Positions 1 to 7,922 of a DNA stretch of 46,011 nucleotides are shown in pieces. Under the pieces are notes generated by a model, which saw only the letters and a list, made by a program, of their open reading frames with translations, did no database searches and was not told the DNA's origin. Source of the stretch: an uncultured Methanosarcinales archaeon (lineage in GTDB: Archaea > Nanobdellota > Nanobdellia > Woesearchaeales > JAGVZT01); NCBI GenBank assembly GCA_964419615.1, contig CAYQPU010000010.1, positions 1 through 46,011 of the forward strand, given 5' to 3'. Both the position numbers and the translations under genes were made by a program. Numbering within the stretch: position 1 is the stretch's first letter; every line of letters starts with the position of its first letter.

Positions 1-11
1 AATTACGTTAA

Positions 12-206
12 TTGACTTTTTTTTGTGGTTTGATATTGTTCACAGCAGGAATATTATCAGTAATATTTATTGCCAAAAACATATCTTTGCTTGGATTAAT
101 TGAAAGAATATCAATCTACACTTATCAAATGTGGTCTGTAGTAATTACTTTTTTCTTAATAAGAATTAGTAGACAAAAAGAGGTTCCAAATGAAATTGTT
201 ACATAA
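12..206 (+). CDS. C-terminal fragment of a membrane protein, possibly DUF998-like
   Basis: Hydrophobic helices and a GLIERISIYTYQMW motif reminiscent of DUF998 C-termini. The 5' end is unclear: TTG follows an in-frame stop, next to a T-run and the window edge. Confidence 0.35.
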   Translation: MTFFCGLILFTAGILSVIFIAKNISLLGLIERISIYTYQMWSVVITFFLIRISRQKEVPNEIVT

Positions 207-270
207 GCTTCACTAATAATATATGAAGTAGGTAAGAGTTACTCCCATCAAAAGTACCCAAAATATATAA

Positions 271-290
271 CGCCGGGACTGGGACTTTCC
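271..290 (-). repeat. Duplicated tRNA 3' end (att-like remnant)
   Basis: Minus strand GGAAAGTCCCAGTCCCGGCG matches 17/20 nt of TGAAAGTCCCAGCCTCGGCG (1590-1571), the intron3/exon4 junction and 3' end of tRNA-Ser. Same orientation. Confidence 0.7.
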
Positions 291-303
291 TAAAACAAAA
301 ACA

Positions 304-334
304 TTTAAAAACAAATGAGTCAATACTTACTCAT
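304..334 (+). promoter_or_regulatory. TATA box plus palindromic operator of the HTH-MNT gene
   Basis: TTTAAAAA at 304-311 lies 31 nt before ATG 335. Inverted repeat ATGAGT-N8-ACTCAT at 315-334. Confidence 0.45.
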
Positions 335-911
335 ATGAATAATAATATATTCAGTAATAAATCATTTGAAATCATAGATCTATTTATCAAAAATGCAAAT
401 CAAACCTTACATGGCAGAGAAATAGCAAGAAAACTAGGACTAAATCAAAAAACCACACAAACAATAACTAAACAATCTCACAAATATTGTTCTCATAAAA
501 AGAGTGTATGGTAAGAGTAATCTTTATTCAATAGACATAAGAGCAAGACTATTTGTTGAAATGGCTGAAAACCATAAAGCAATTAATCTGCTGCAAAATT
601 TTGAAATAAACCAAATTGTTAATGAAATACAAACCTCAAAACCAGTCCTAGTTTTTGGCTCATATGCAAAAGGTTATCAAAAAAAAGATTCCGACCTGGA
701 TATGCTGATTTTCGAAAAAGTTCCGAGAATATCTCAGAAATACATAAAAAAAGTGCATATATTGACCATAACAGAGAGCAATTTCACTAAAGGCATAAAA
801 CAAAACCAAGCCTTTGAAACAGAAGTACTGCGTAATCATGTGCTAATACAAGGCACAGAGTGGATTGTTAAGTTGTGGTTAAACAAATATGGACAAACTC
901 AAATGGCGTAA
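335..911 (+). pseudogene. Frameshifted HTH + minimal nucleotidyltransferase (MNT antitoxin)
   Basis: ATG 335 opens an HTH (LHGREIARKLGLNQKTTQ). Removing one base near 466-467 joins it to the 504-911 frame, which carries VFGSYAKG...DSDLD (Pol-beta/MNT motif). Confidence 0.75.
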
Positions 912-990
912 AAAGAAAGCAATAATGTTAACAGATACAAATCCAACCATATTAAAAGATTTCTTTAAAAAAGCTGAAGTTAGACAGAAA
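889..990 (+). pseudogene. Truncated N-terminus of a HEPN-like toxin
   Basis: MDKLKWRKKKAIMLTDTNPTILKDFFKKAE overlaps the MNT stop and resembles N-termini of archaeal HEPN partners (from memory). It then runs into the promoter of the next gene. Confidence 0.4.
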
Positions 991-991
991 A

Positions 992-1038
992 ATTTATATA
1001 TTAAAACACATTTTATAAATAAAACGTATTTTAGGAGA
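992..1038 (+). promoter_or_regulatory. Promoter, tandem operator and SD of the AbrB-RelE pair
   Basis: TTTATATA at 992-999. Two near-palindromic 14-mers, TAAAACACATTTTA (1002-1015) and TAAAACGTATTTTA (1020-1033). SD AGGAGA at 1033-1038. Confidence 0.5.
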
Positions 1039-1044
1039 TACATA

Positions 1045-1320
1045 ATGGAAGTTGCAATAACAAAAATGTCACCAAATGGACAAGTGGTGATACCATCCGA
1101 AATCAGAAAAGAAGCTGGACTTAATCCTTCCACAAAATTTATTGTATTTAATGAGGGAGGAAATATACTGCTTAAACAGATCAACAAAAAGGCTTTGAAA
1201 AAAGATATTGAATTAATTGAAAAAATTGCTTTAACTGAAAGTCAAATAAATGGAGGTAAATCTACTCAAATAGATACTTCTATGAATGATGAAGAAATTG
1301 ATGATCTTCTTATGAGCTAA
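1045..1320 (+). CDS. AbrB/MazE/SpoVT-family antitoxin
   Basis: ITKMSPNGQVVIPSEIRKEAGL swapped-hairpin motif. The true start is ATG 1045 after the SD; the ORF track fused it to upstream sequence. Confidence 0.85.
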   Translation: MEVAITKMSPNGQVVIPSEIRKEAGLNPSTKFIVFNEGGNILLKQINKKALKKDIELIEKIALTESQINGGKSTQIDTSMNDEEIDDLLMS

Positions 1321-1321
1321 A

Positions 1322-1567
1322 ATGCAGATAATATTCTCAAGTGAATTTAAAAAACAGTATAAGAAAATTAAAGACAAAAAACAAAGACTCAAAATAATTA
1401 AACAGATAAAGAAACTTGGGCAAATACCAAAATCTGGAAAACCTTTAAAACATGATTTAAAAAACCATCGAAGTCTGAAAATCTTTCCATTTAGAATAAT
1501 CTATAGACTTGAAAAGAACAGAATAATCATAAATTGTTTTGATCATAGAAAGGATGTTTATGAATAA
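1322..1567 (+). CDS. RelE/ParE-family toxin
   Basis: 81 aa, basic; PKSGKPLKHDLKNHRSLKIFPFRIIY...FDHRKDVYE is typical RelE. Directly follows the antitoxin. Confidence 0.85.
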   Translation: MQIIFSSEFKKQYKKIKDKKQRLKIIKQIKKLGQIPKSGKPLKHDLKNHRSLKIFPFRIIYRLEKNRIIINCFDHRKDVYE

Positions 1568-1570
1568 AAA

Positions 1571-1890
1571 CGCCGAGGCTGGGACTTTCATAACCTTTTA
1601 CACAATTGACCAAAGGCTGCACATTTAAGTGCATGGGTGGTGATTATCTTGAATGCAAGCTCATCACCACATGGGACTGCAAGTCCCATTGTTTTGGTCA
1701 AACTCCTCGAAAACAAAGTTTTCGGGACACGGAAGATTTCATCTTCCTGTGTTTTACCCTTGGGTAAAAGGTTGATTTGAACCCAGATAGGCTTGCGCCA
1801 ACAAGCTTTATGGAAAAAGTTTTCCAGGCTTGCGCAGTACCAGACTACACTGAAAATCACAAAATGTGGAAATCATTGTGCCACCTCGGC
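1571..1890 (-). tRNA. tRNA-Ser(GGA) with three introns (about 15/16: 1875-1845, 31 nt; 37/38: 1821-1808, 14 nt; 59/60: 1775-1585, 191 nt)
   Basis: The spliced exons (1890-1876, 1844-1822, 1807-1776, 1584-1571; 84 nt) give acceptor GCCGAGG/CCTCGGC with G73, anticodon arm CAAGC-CTGGAAA-GCTTG, a long variable arm GGC-GCAA-GCC, and T-arm CTGGG-TTCAAAT-CCCAG. The bulge-helix-bulge at 59/60 is clear and the others are relaxed. TATA TTTAAATA about 30 nt upstream, oligo-T downstream, no encoded CCA. Confidence 0.9.
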
Positions 1891-2029
1891 TTAATATAAC
1901 AGAAGAAATCAGCTATTTAAATATATTACGATAGAATACCTTTAACTATGTCTTCAAATGGTGTTCTAACACTGACATAATGATTAAGAAAAGTACTCCC
2001 AGATTATCAACTATCTAAAAAATTAATAT

Positions 2030-2521
2030 TCATTTTTCTCTAGCAACAACAAACTTCTCAACAGCACAAGCTAGATCATATTGACTATCTGCCAACACTT
2101 TAATATATTCAATATCCATAACAAATGTAATTGGGGGTGATAGGTTGTTACCTGCTACCCAATAATCATCACCCGACCATTGCCCATCATAACTAGTAAC
2201 AACTTCCTGTGATCCGTTGAATTGGTTAAACTTTGCTGAAGGCACCCTCCCATGAATTGGCAAATCAAGATCACTGTGTTTAGAAATATACAATTTCTGG
2301 TCATTAAGTTTATTTAATAAGTTAGGTAACTCCCACCTATCAAGTTCCAGGATCAGATGTTCAATACTAACGTCTGGGAATGACCTTTCCAATCTTTTTT
2401 TGCTTGCACTGCCTCTACTAACAGCACCTTGAGCATGTTTACTAATCCCATGTATTGCTCTATTATCTTCATACAATCTACACATAGATTTAAGTTTTCT
2501 AACTTCAGTCAATACATCCAT
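2030..2521 (-). CDS. Hypothetical protein
   Basis: Long ORF; ATG 2521 chosen from TATA spacing. No motif recognised. Confidence 0.6.
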   Translation of the reverse strand: MDVLTEVRKLKSMCRLYEDNRAIHGISKHAQGAVSRGSASKKRLERSFPDVSIEHLILELDRWELPNLLNKLNDQKLYISKHSDLDLPIHGRVPSAKFNQFNGSQEVVTSYDGQWSGDDYWVAGNNLSPPITFVMDIEYIKVLADSQYDLACAVEKFVVAREK

Positions 2522-2582
2522 GTGCATAGAAAACACCCATAAATATTAAAATTTATTGATAGCCATTTATAAAAGAACTAAT

Positions 2583-3485
2583 TTAAGTAATAACAGTGAC
2601 CATTAAAACTCCTTTACCAACAGTGTTTTGATAAACAGTTTCGTATTGCAGACCAAAATGCCTGCAAGCATCATCTACCCAGTCAGATGCAGAACTTGCA
2701 TGAGCAAAGTATATAGGTGCATCAAAATCGCAAACCTTGTCTAGTAATCTGTGAACTATGTTTTCCCCATTTCCCTCCTCATCTGGAACCGCACTAATAG
2801 CAGCAACAACAATATCAGTTTCAGAAAAACAATCGGGATTATAGTTTAATGAAGTCAGGTTTCCATCGTGAGAAAGAGTTGCTCTTTTCCAGTTTACAGA
2901 TTGTTTATTTCTGATCCATTGTCTAGTAGGAAGTTCGAATAAACTGGTTGAATCAACAACTTCATTTGAAGAGGGTAAAAATTCCTCTGCCAAACTGTTA
3001 TTACCAATAATCAAACTTACTTCTTCATATGCATTTATTTTGTAAGCTTCAACGATCACCTTTAACAATTCATAATCTGGAGCAACACAAGCAACATTTT
3101 CAACATCCATATTATATGCAGCAAACAATCCCAAGAATCCACCATGCACAAAAGTGTTTTCACTCAGACCAATATGAAGTAATGAGTCAAAATTAACCTG
3201 CATATGACTCATATACTTTGCCATATACAAATCAACAATACTAATCTTATTATGCATAATATGTTCAGGCCAGATTACTCCACCATATCTGATCAGCAGA
3301 GGTCTATGAACTTCCAAATCATCTATCTCTTGGGCCATTCTTGGATCAATAACACTAATGGGATGCTCAACACAATGCAACTCAAGACCATCTTCAATTA
3401 ATTTTTGTTCCTTTAAATTATCAGAAGTCTCAATAATGTAGTGTCTTCCAAACATATCTTGTTGGTAATTATTTGTTAAATTCAT
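2583..3485 (-). CDS. Divergent class I SAM methyltransferase-like protein (paralog 3)
   Basis: GGVIWP...MAKYM...LLHIGL...GGFLGLFAAY...DIVVA; colinear with the two upstream paralogs. Confidence 0.6.
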   Translation of the reverse strand: MNLTNNYQQDMFGRHYIIETSDNLKEQKLIEDGLELHCVEHPISVIDPRMAQEIDDLEVHRPLLIRYGGVIWPEHIMHNKISIVDLYMAKYMSHMQVNFDSLLHIGLSENTFVHGGFLGLFAAYNMDVENVACVAPDYELLKVIVEAYKINAYEEVSLIIGNNSLAEEFLPSSNEVVDSTSLFELPTRQWIRNKQSVNWKRATLSHDGNLTSLNYNPDCFSETDIVVAAISAVPDEEGNGENIVHRLLDKVCDFDAPIYFAHASSASDWVDDACRHFGLQYETVYQNTVGKGVLMVTVIT

Positions 3486-4408
3486 TATCTAAACCTTGGC
3501 TTGTATATTGTTGAAATCTGGTAAACTGTTCCATTTGGACGAGATGCTTCATAACACATATCATCTGATAATTCCAAAGAATCCAAATTCTTAACTCTCA
3601 TGCCAAGATGTTCACTGGTAAGTGCAATATCTCTTTCAGCATGATTTGTATGAGCAATAAAAACCTCTGCTTTGTTTTTATTAGCTAGTCTCAACATTGT
3701 GTTAATAACAGGCATAACTTCTGGACTTACATTCCACGTTCTTAATGATGCAACAACAATATCAGCTCCGTCATCATAATTCCAAATATCTTTAGATAAA
3801 ACAATCTCTGTATTGTTAGCAACTATGCTTTCATCTTTTTCTTGCTTGTAAGCAAAAGTTGGCCTTACTCTTGCTGGATGCTCAATAAAATCTACAATAC
3901 TATGTACTACATTCTCTTCATTTAAACTCAAGGGAACATAATCTCCGTATACCAGATGTAATGCATCTCCTTCTTGTGCGTTAAGAAAAATACCAAATTT
4001 AGTTTCTTGATGAACAACAGGTTCCAAACTCAGACATATTACTTTATCAGCTTTAAGTTTGTAGGCAGCAACAGTTGATAGAAATCCAGACCTTAAACCA
4101 AACTCTGGACTAACACCAAATTCAATCATTGTTTTTGGACTTATAAAATTATCATCTAAAAATCCTGCCATAAAATATTCAAGAAATGTAACAGTTGGGC
4201 TGCTAAGATATGAAGCAGGATATAAAATACCATCCCAAGCCATCAATGTTGCTTCTGAATACTTATAATCCGGGTCTTCAAGCCGGGGATCTATAAAACT
4301 TATAGGATTATCAACTGACTCAATTTCCTCTTCATTTTTAAATAGAATCTGACTTTTTCTATCTTTACTTGTTTCATACACATAATAATCATTATATTGT
4401 ATTGGCAT
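3485..4408 (-). CDS. Divergent class I SAM methyltransferase-like protein (paralog 2)
   Basis: WDGILYP...MAGFL...MIEFGV...RSGFLSTVAAYKLKADKVICL...DIVVA. Confidence 0.6.
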   Translation of the reverse strand: MPIQYNDYYVYETSKDRKSQILFKNEEEIESVDNPISFIDPRLEDPDYKYSEATLMAWDGILYPASYLSSPTVTFLEYFMAGFLDDNFISPKTMIEFGVSPEFGLRSGFLSTVAAYKLKADKVICLSLEPVVHQETKFGIFLNAQEGDALHLVYGDYVPLSLNEENVVHSIVDFIEHPARVRPTFAYKQEKDESIVANNTEIVLSKDIWNYDDGADIVVASLRTWNVSPEVMPVINTMLRLANKNKAEVFIAHTNHAERDIALTSEHLGMRVKNLDSLELSDDMCYEASRPNGTVYQISTIYKPRFR

Positions 4409-4424
4409 TTTTTCCCTTATTTTT

Positions 4425-5294
4425 CTAGTTGAACATCATCTCTGATACTCGATACCAAATTCCATCAATGGTATGTCCAGTTGCCACATCAATTTCAGTT
4501 GGCCAGATCTCATGAGAATCATGAAACTTTAATTCACAGCCAAGTTTTTCTGCTGCTTGTTCAAGCAAATAATCCTGTGAGTTTGGGTGCGTAATTAAAA
4601 ATCTTCCATTAGCTCTCTTCGCAGCTTCTCCCATAATTTCGAAATAATTAAGTTTTTGAGTTTTGTGTTCTTCTCCTAAAACCCAATTGTATACATTTGA
4701 TGTAGGGTCAGGATGATCAAGAGTTGCAACAATTAATTCATACTCACCAAAAAAGTTAAATGCACCTTTTCTAAACTCAATATCACATTGCTCTCCTATT
4801 TGCATAGCAAATGTCCCATCACCATTATTGCCGTGGAAAACACCATAGGATTCTCCTTCAATAAGAAAATTTGTGGCAGTTAAATCGAGTAAATTATAAT
4901 CTCCACATGTCAGTGTAATCTCGGGAGCACCAATTATAAGAGCAGCAACCAAAGATAAAAATCCAGATCTATTTCCCACTGCAGGACCAAATCCCATTTC
5001 AAGAAAAGAATCAACTTTCTTAACATTCTCAACCAAATACTTGGCCATAACAAATTGCATAAAATCCACTGAATCATAACCATCAATTCGGGCATTTGTC
5101 CAATGAAGATTATCCCAGGCAACTGTGGCAATTGTAGTTGACTGAACTTCATCAATGATTTTTTGATTAATACAATCGGTTGGATCACTAACATGTAAAT
5201 TTAATTCTGGACAATGTTGTCTGGTTAAATCTTTATCAGTATACACATAAATATGGTCTATAGTACCATCACTATTGAAATTATTGAAACTCAT
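4425..5294 (-). CDS. Divergent class I SAM methyltransferase-like protein (paralog 1)
   Basis: MAKYL...FLEMGFG...RSGFLSLVAALIIGAPEITLT resembles motif I/post-I of PrmA/METTL21-type MTases. ATG 5294 fits TATA spacing. Confidence 0.65.
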   Translation of the reverse strand: MSFNNFNSDGTIDHIYVYTDKDLTRQHCPELNLHVSDPTDCINQKIIDEVQSTTIATVAWDNLHWTNARIDGYDSVDFMQFVMAKYLVENVKKVDSFLEMGFGPAVGNRSGFLSLVAALIIGAPEITLTCGDYNLLDLTATNFLIEGESYGVFHGNNGDGTFAMQIGEQCDIEFRKGAFNFFGEYELIVATLDHPDPTSNVYNWVLGEEHKTQKLNYFEIMGEAAKRANGRFLITHPNSQDYLLEQAAEKLGCELKFHDSHEIWPTEIDVATGHTIDGIWYRVSEMMFN

Positions 5295-5387
5295 ATATAC
5301 CAAGAATAGAACGCCATATATAAGGTTTACTATTTTTGTTATTCATATGTAGTAACATTTATATACTGAAAATTAATCCCATCATAT

Positions 5388-6863
5388 ATGGGCCCGCAAT
5401 CAATAGATGATCATAAAAGAAAAAGAATTCTCACTTTGAGTGATTTAAATGAGTGGTGGCATCCTGAATATAGAGTTCGTGCACATGGTCTAGCAAGTCC
5501 AATCAAAGTACCCATATCTGAGGATGAAATTAGAGCTATAAGTAATGCTAATCCTGGTCAGGAATGGGATTCTTGTGTTCGAATTAATGAAGCATTTGAC
5601 CGAGTAAGGAGAGTATTTGAAGCCGCCACTGCAGTTGGATGGATGGAGTTACCTGAAAACACAGTTGAAGAATTTCACAATTATGCAGCTGAAAAACTAA
5701 TCTTCTCAAGTGATAATCTTGATCGTGATCTTACAACAATTGATCAAATCTCATGGATGATTTATTCTGCAGTTTTAAGTAGAACAAACATACCTTCCTT
5801 TAATGATCTAACAAAAGAACCTGAACATATTCTATCTGAATTTGAAATGGGTGCTCTTGAAGAAAATGCAAGAATAATTAGACTTGGAAATGAGCATTCA
5901 AAATATCTTGCTAATGCTCAAATAAAACCAATAAATCACCCCCTTTTTCGCCAAGAAGTAGCATTAATACATGCTCAGTCAGAAGAAACTTCTATCTATG
6001 ATTGTCCTGGAGCTCTTTTGTTTTACTGGTATGCAACTCACAATGAATTATTTTATTATCCTGAATACGAAATAAAACTAATAAAGCAAGCATGTTTAGA
6101 GGAAAAACTAACCTTGGAAGAAGAACAAAACATTGTTGTGCTCGGAGCATCATCTTTAGTTGGTGACAAAAACTCAGTCGGGGAAATGCTCAAAAAATCA
6201 AGAAAAGCTCATCTTTATCTTGTGGATCTAAGTGATGAGATGACTGACGAATTAGTAATAGAGAATAATGTAAAAGAGCTGTCAGATACATATGATGTTG
6301 AAATTGAATACACTATTCTTAAAGAAAATTTCTTAACACTTGATTTTGAAAAAAGTATACCAACACACAAGTTGTATCCTACAACAGTCTGCATACTAAA
6401 AAATACAGTAAGTGCGAAATTAAGACCTAAACTGACAAATGTGGTGTATCATCAATTAAAAACAGGAGACCATATAGTGGCTGGTGTATCTTTAACTATG
6501 GATAATACTTTGTATAATCATCGAGCAAACACAGCATTTGAAAATTTATCTCTAATGACACGTGGATATCCAATTTGGTTATTAAGCAGGCTGTCAAACT
6601 GCTATGCACCAAAAAAAGATTTAACATATTCTGCATTGGATGGATATCAGGAAGTAAAATTAGCCACCATATTTTCAGTTCTAAGAGACGATAAATTTGA
6701 AAATGATGTTTACATGGACTGCTTATGGGCAAGTCGTGATGTACTTCCTGGACTAGAAGTTGAGAAGTTAGTTCACCAAGAGAAATTATTGTTAGATGGA
6801 TTTGAACCTGAAGATGCACGTGAAGTTGATATGTATGCTCTGGTAATAGCAACTAAAGACTAA
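5388..6863 (+). CDS. EgtD-like (Methyltransf_33) SAM methyltransferase domain with N-terminal extension
   Basis: ALLFYWYATHNELFYYPEYEIKLIK, VVLGASS, LYLVDLSDEM, ENFLTL and LKTGDHIVAGVSL align in order with EgtD motifs, but are divergent. Confidence 0.55.
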   Translation: MGPQSIDDHKRKRILTLSDLNEWWHPEYRVRAHGLASPIKVPISEDEIRAISNANPGQEWDSCVRINEAFDRVRRVFEAATAVGWMELPENTVEEFHNYAAEKLIFSSDNLDRDLTTIDQISWMIYSAVLSRTNIPSFNDLTKEPEHILSEFEMGALEENARIIRLGNEHSKYLANAQIKPINHPLFRQEVALIHAQSEETSIYDCPGALLFYWYATHNELFYYPEYEIKLIKQACLEEKLTLEEEQNIVVLGASSLVGDKNSVGEMLKKSRKAHLYLVDLSDEMTDELVIENNVKELSDTYDVEIEYTILKENFLTLDFEKSIPTHKLYPTTVCILKNTVSAKLRPKLTNVVYHQLKTGDHIVAGVSLTMDNTLYNHRANTAFENLSLMTRGYPIWLLSRLSNCYAPKKDLTYSALDGYQEVKLATIFSVLRDDKFENDVYMDCLWASRDVLPGLEVEKLVHQEKLLLDGFEPEDAREVDMYALVIATKD

Positions 6864-7809
6864 GCGGTATAAAACTAGTCTTATAAACGTCTGTTATTAA
6901 TGAGGCATTTCTTGTTTGAATTGAACAAAATTTTTCTTTTATATTAGTTAAAATTTGCTTCAATTCTCTATGGGACTTTACAATCAACTCAAATTCCAAA
7001 TCAAATTCTCCAGGAGCAACTGTAATGTATAATACATTTGGGTGAACATTAAGATAACTCACCAATTTGTCAAAAATGGAGCAATCACTTAATGTAACAA
7101 AAATATGATAATAATTATAACCAAGCAGTCCATAATTAATTCTAGGTCTGTACTCTTGAATAACTTTTTCTTTTTCAAGTCTCTTAATCCTTTTCTTAAT
7201 TGTAGCTACGTCCTTTTTTAGTTTGTATGAAATATCCAGTATGGACTTTCTACAATCAAGAGTGAGTTCCTTTAAAATATCAAAATCCAATCCATCAATC
7301 TTATTAATGGACTTAAATCCAACTGTATAGGCAAAAGAGTCATCAATAAAGCCATGAATTTTTTTATTCTTAAAAGCCCTATGAACAGTTGCAACACTCA
7401 CATTTCTCTTATCAACTATCTTTGAAAATTTTTCATTAAAATCAGAAATCCATTCATGAAAAACATAGAAATCTTTAACCAGTACTGTACAAACAATATC
7501 AAACTTTCCCTCTTGTTCTCCAAGCCAACCAACATACTTATTATTTTTTAAATAATTAATAAGTTTGTCTTTTGTTACCTTATCATGCTGTTTTAAAGAA
7601 ATCATGAATCTTATATGCATATACCCAAGAGTGGACAAATTAATAACAGGATAATACCCATCAATAATTCCTTTTCTCTGTAGTCTTTGAATTCTGTAAT
7701 TAACAACCTCTCTTGAACACTTAACCTTCTTAGCAATAGTTGAAACTGGAGTTCTGCAATTCTTATCCAACTCATACAGTATCTTTTTATCAGTTTGGTC
7801 AAGTTTCAT
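6853..7809 (-). CDS. Tandem-domain Lrp/AsnC transcriptional regulator
   Basis: Two repeats of LDxxDxKIL..L..DCR + HTH + RAM domain. Palindrome AGTAA-N4-TTACT at 7821-7834 in its upstream region. Confidence 0.9.
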   Translation of the reverse strand: MKLDQTDKKILYELDKNCRTPVSTIAKKVKCSREVVNYRIQRLQRKGIIDGYYPVINLSTLGYMHIRFMISLKQHDKVTKDKLINYLKNNKYVGWLGEQEGKFDIVCTVLVKDFYVFHEWISDFNEKFSKIVDKRNVSVATVHRAFKNKKIHGFIDDSFAYTVGFKSINKIDGLDFDILKELTLDCRKSILDISYKLKKDVATIKKRIKRLEKEKVIQEYRPRINYGLLGYNYYHIFVTLSDCSIFDKLVSYLNVHPNVLYITVAPGEFDLEFELIVKSHRELKQILTNIKEKFCSIQTRNASLITDVYKTSFIPLSL

Positions 7810-7922
7810 ATGTATTTTTTAGTAAACTCTTACTTTTTTATAAATATTTCTATTTATTGTAAAAATTCTACTGAATAATTTAATAAATCTGTGGATATTC
7901 CCTTTTGAATAGTGATCAAAAA

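Noticed and set aside
889-1320. 143-aa ORF as a single protein
   Set aside because: It is a chance in-frame fusion of a HEPN-like remnant, promoter DNA and the AbrB gene, which has its own TATA and SD.
1640-1670. Box C/D guide RNA inside the long tRNA intron
   Set aside because: GTGATGA is present but buried in a stem, and no CTGA box D or D' is found.
1588-1860. 90-aa minus-strand ORF
   Set aside because: It runs through tRNA exons and introns, has no SD or motif, and would be cut by splicing; not a credible intron-encoded protein.
5388-6863. Ergothioneine biosynthesis locus
   Set aside because: Only a divergent EgtD-like domain is present; no egtB/C/E-like genes are nearby.
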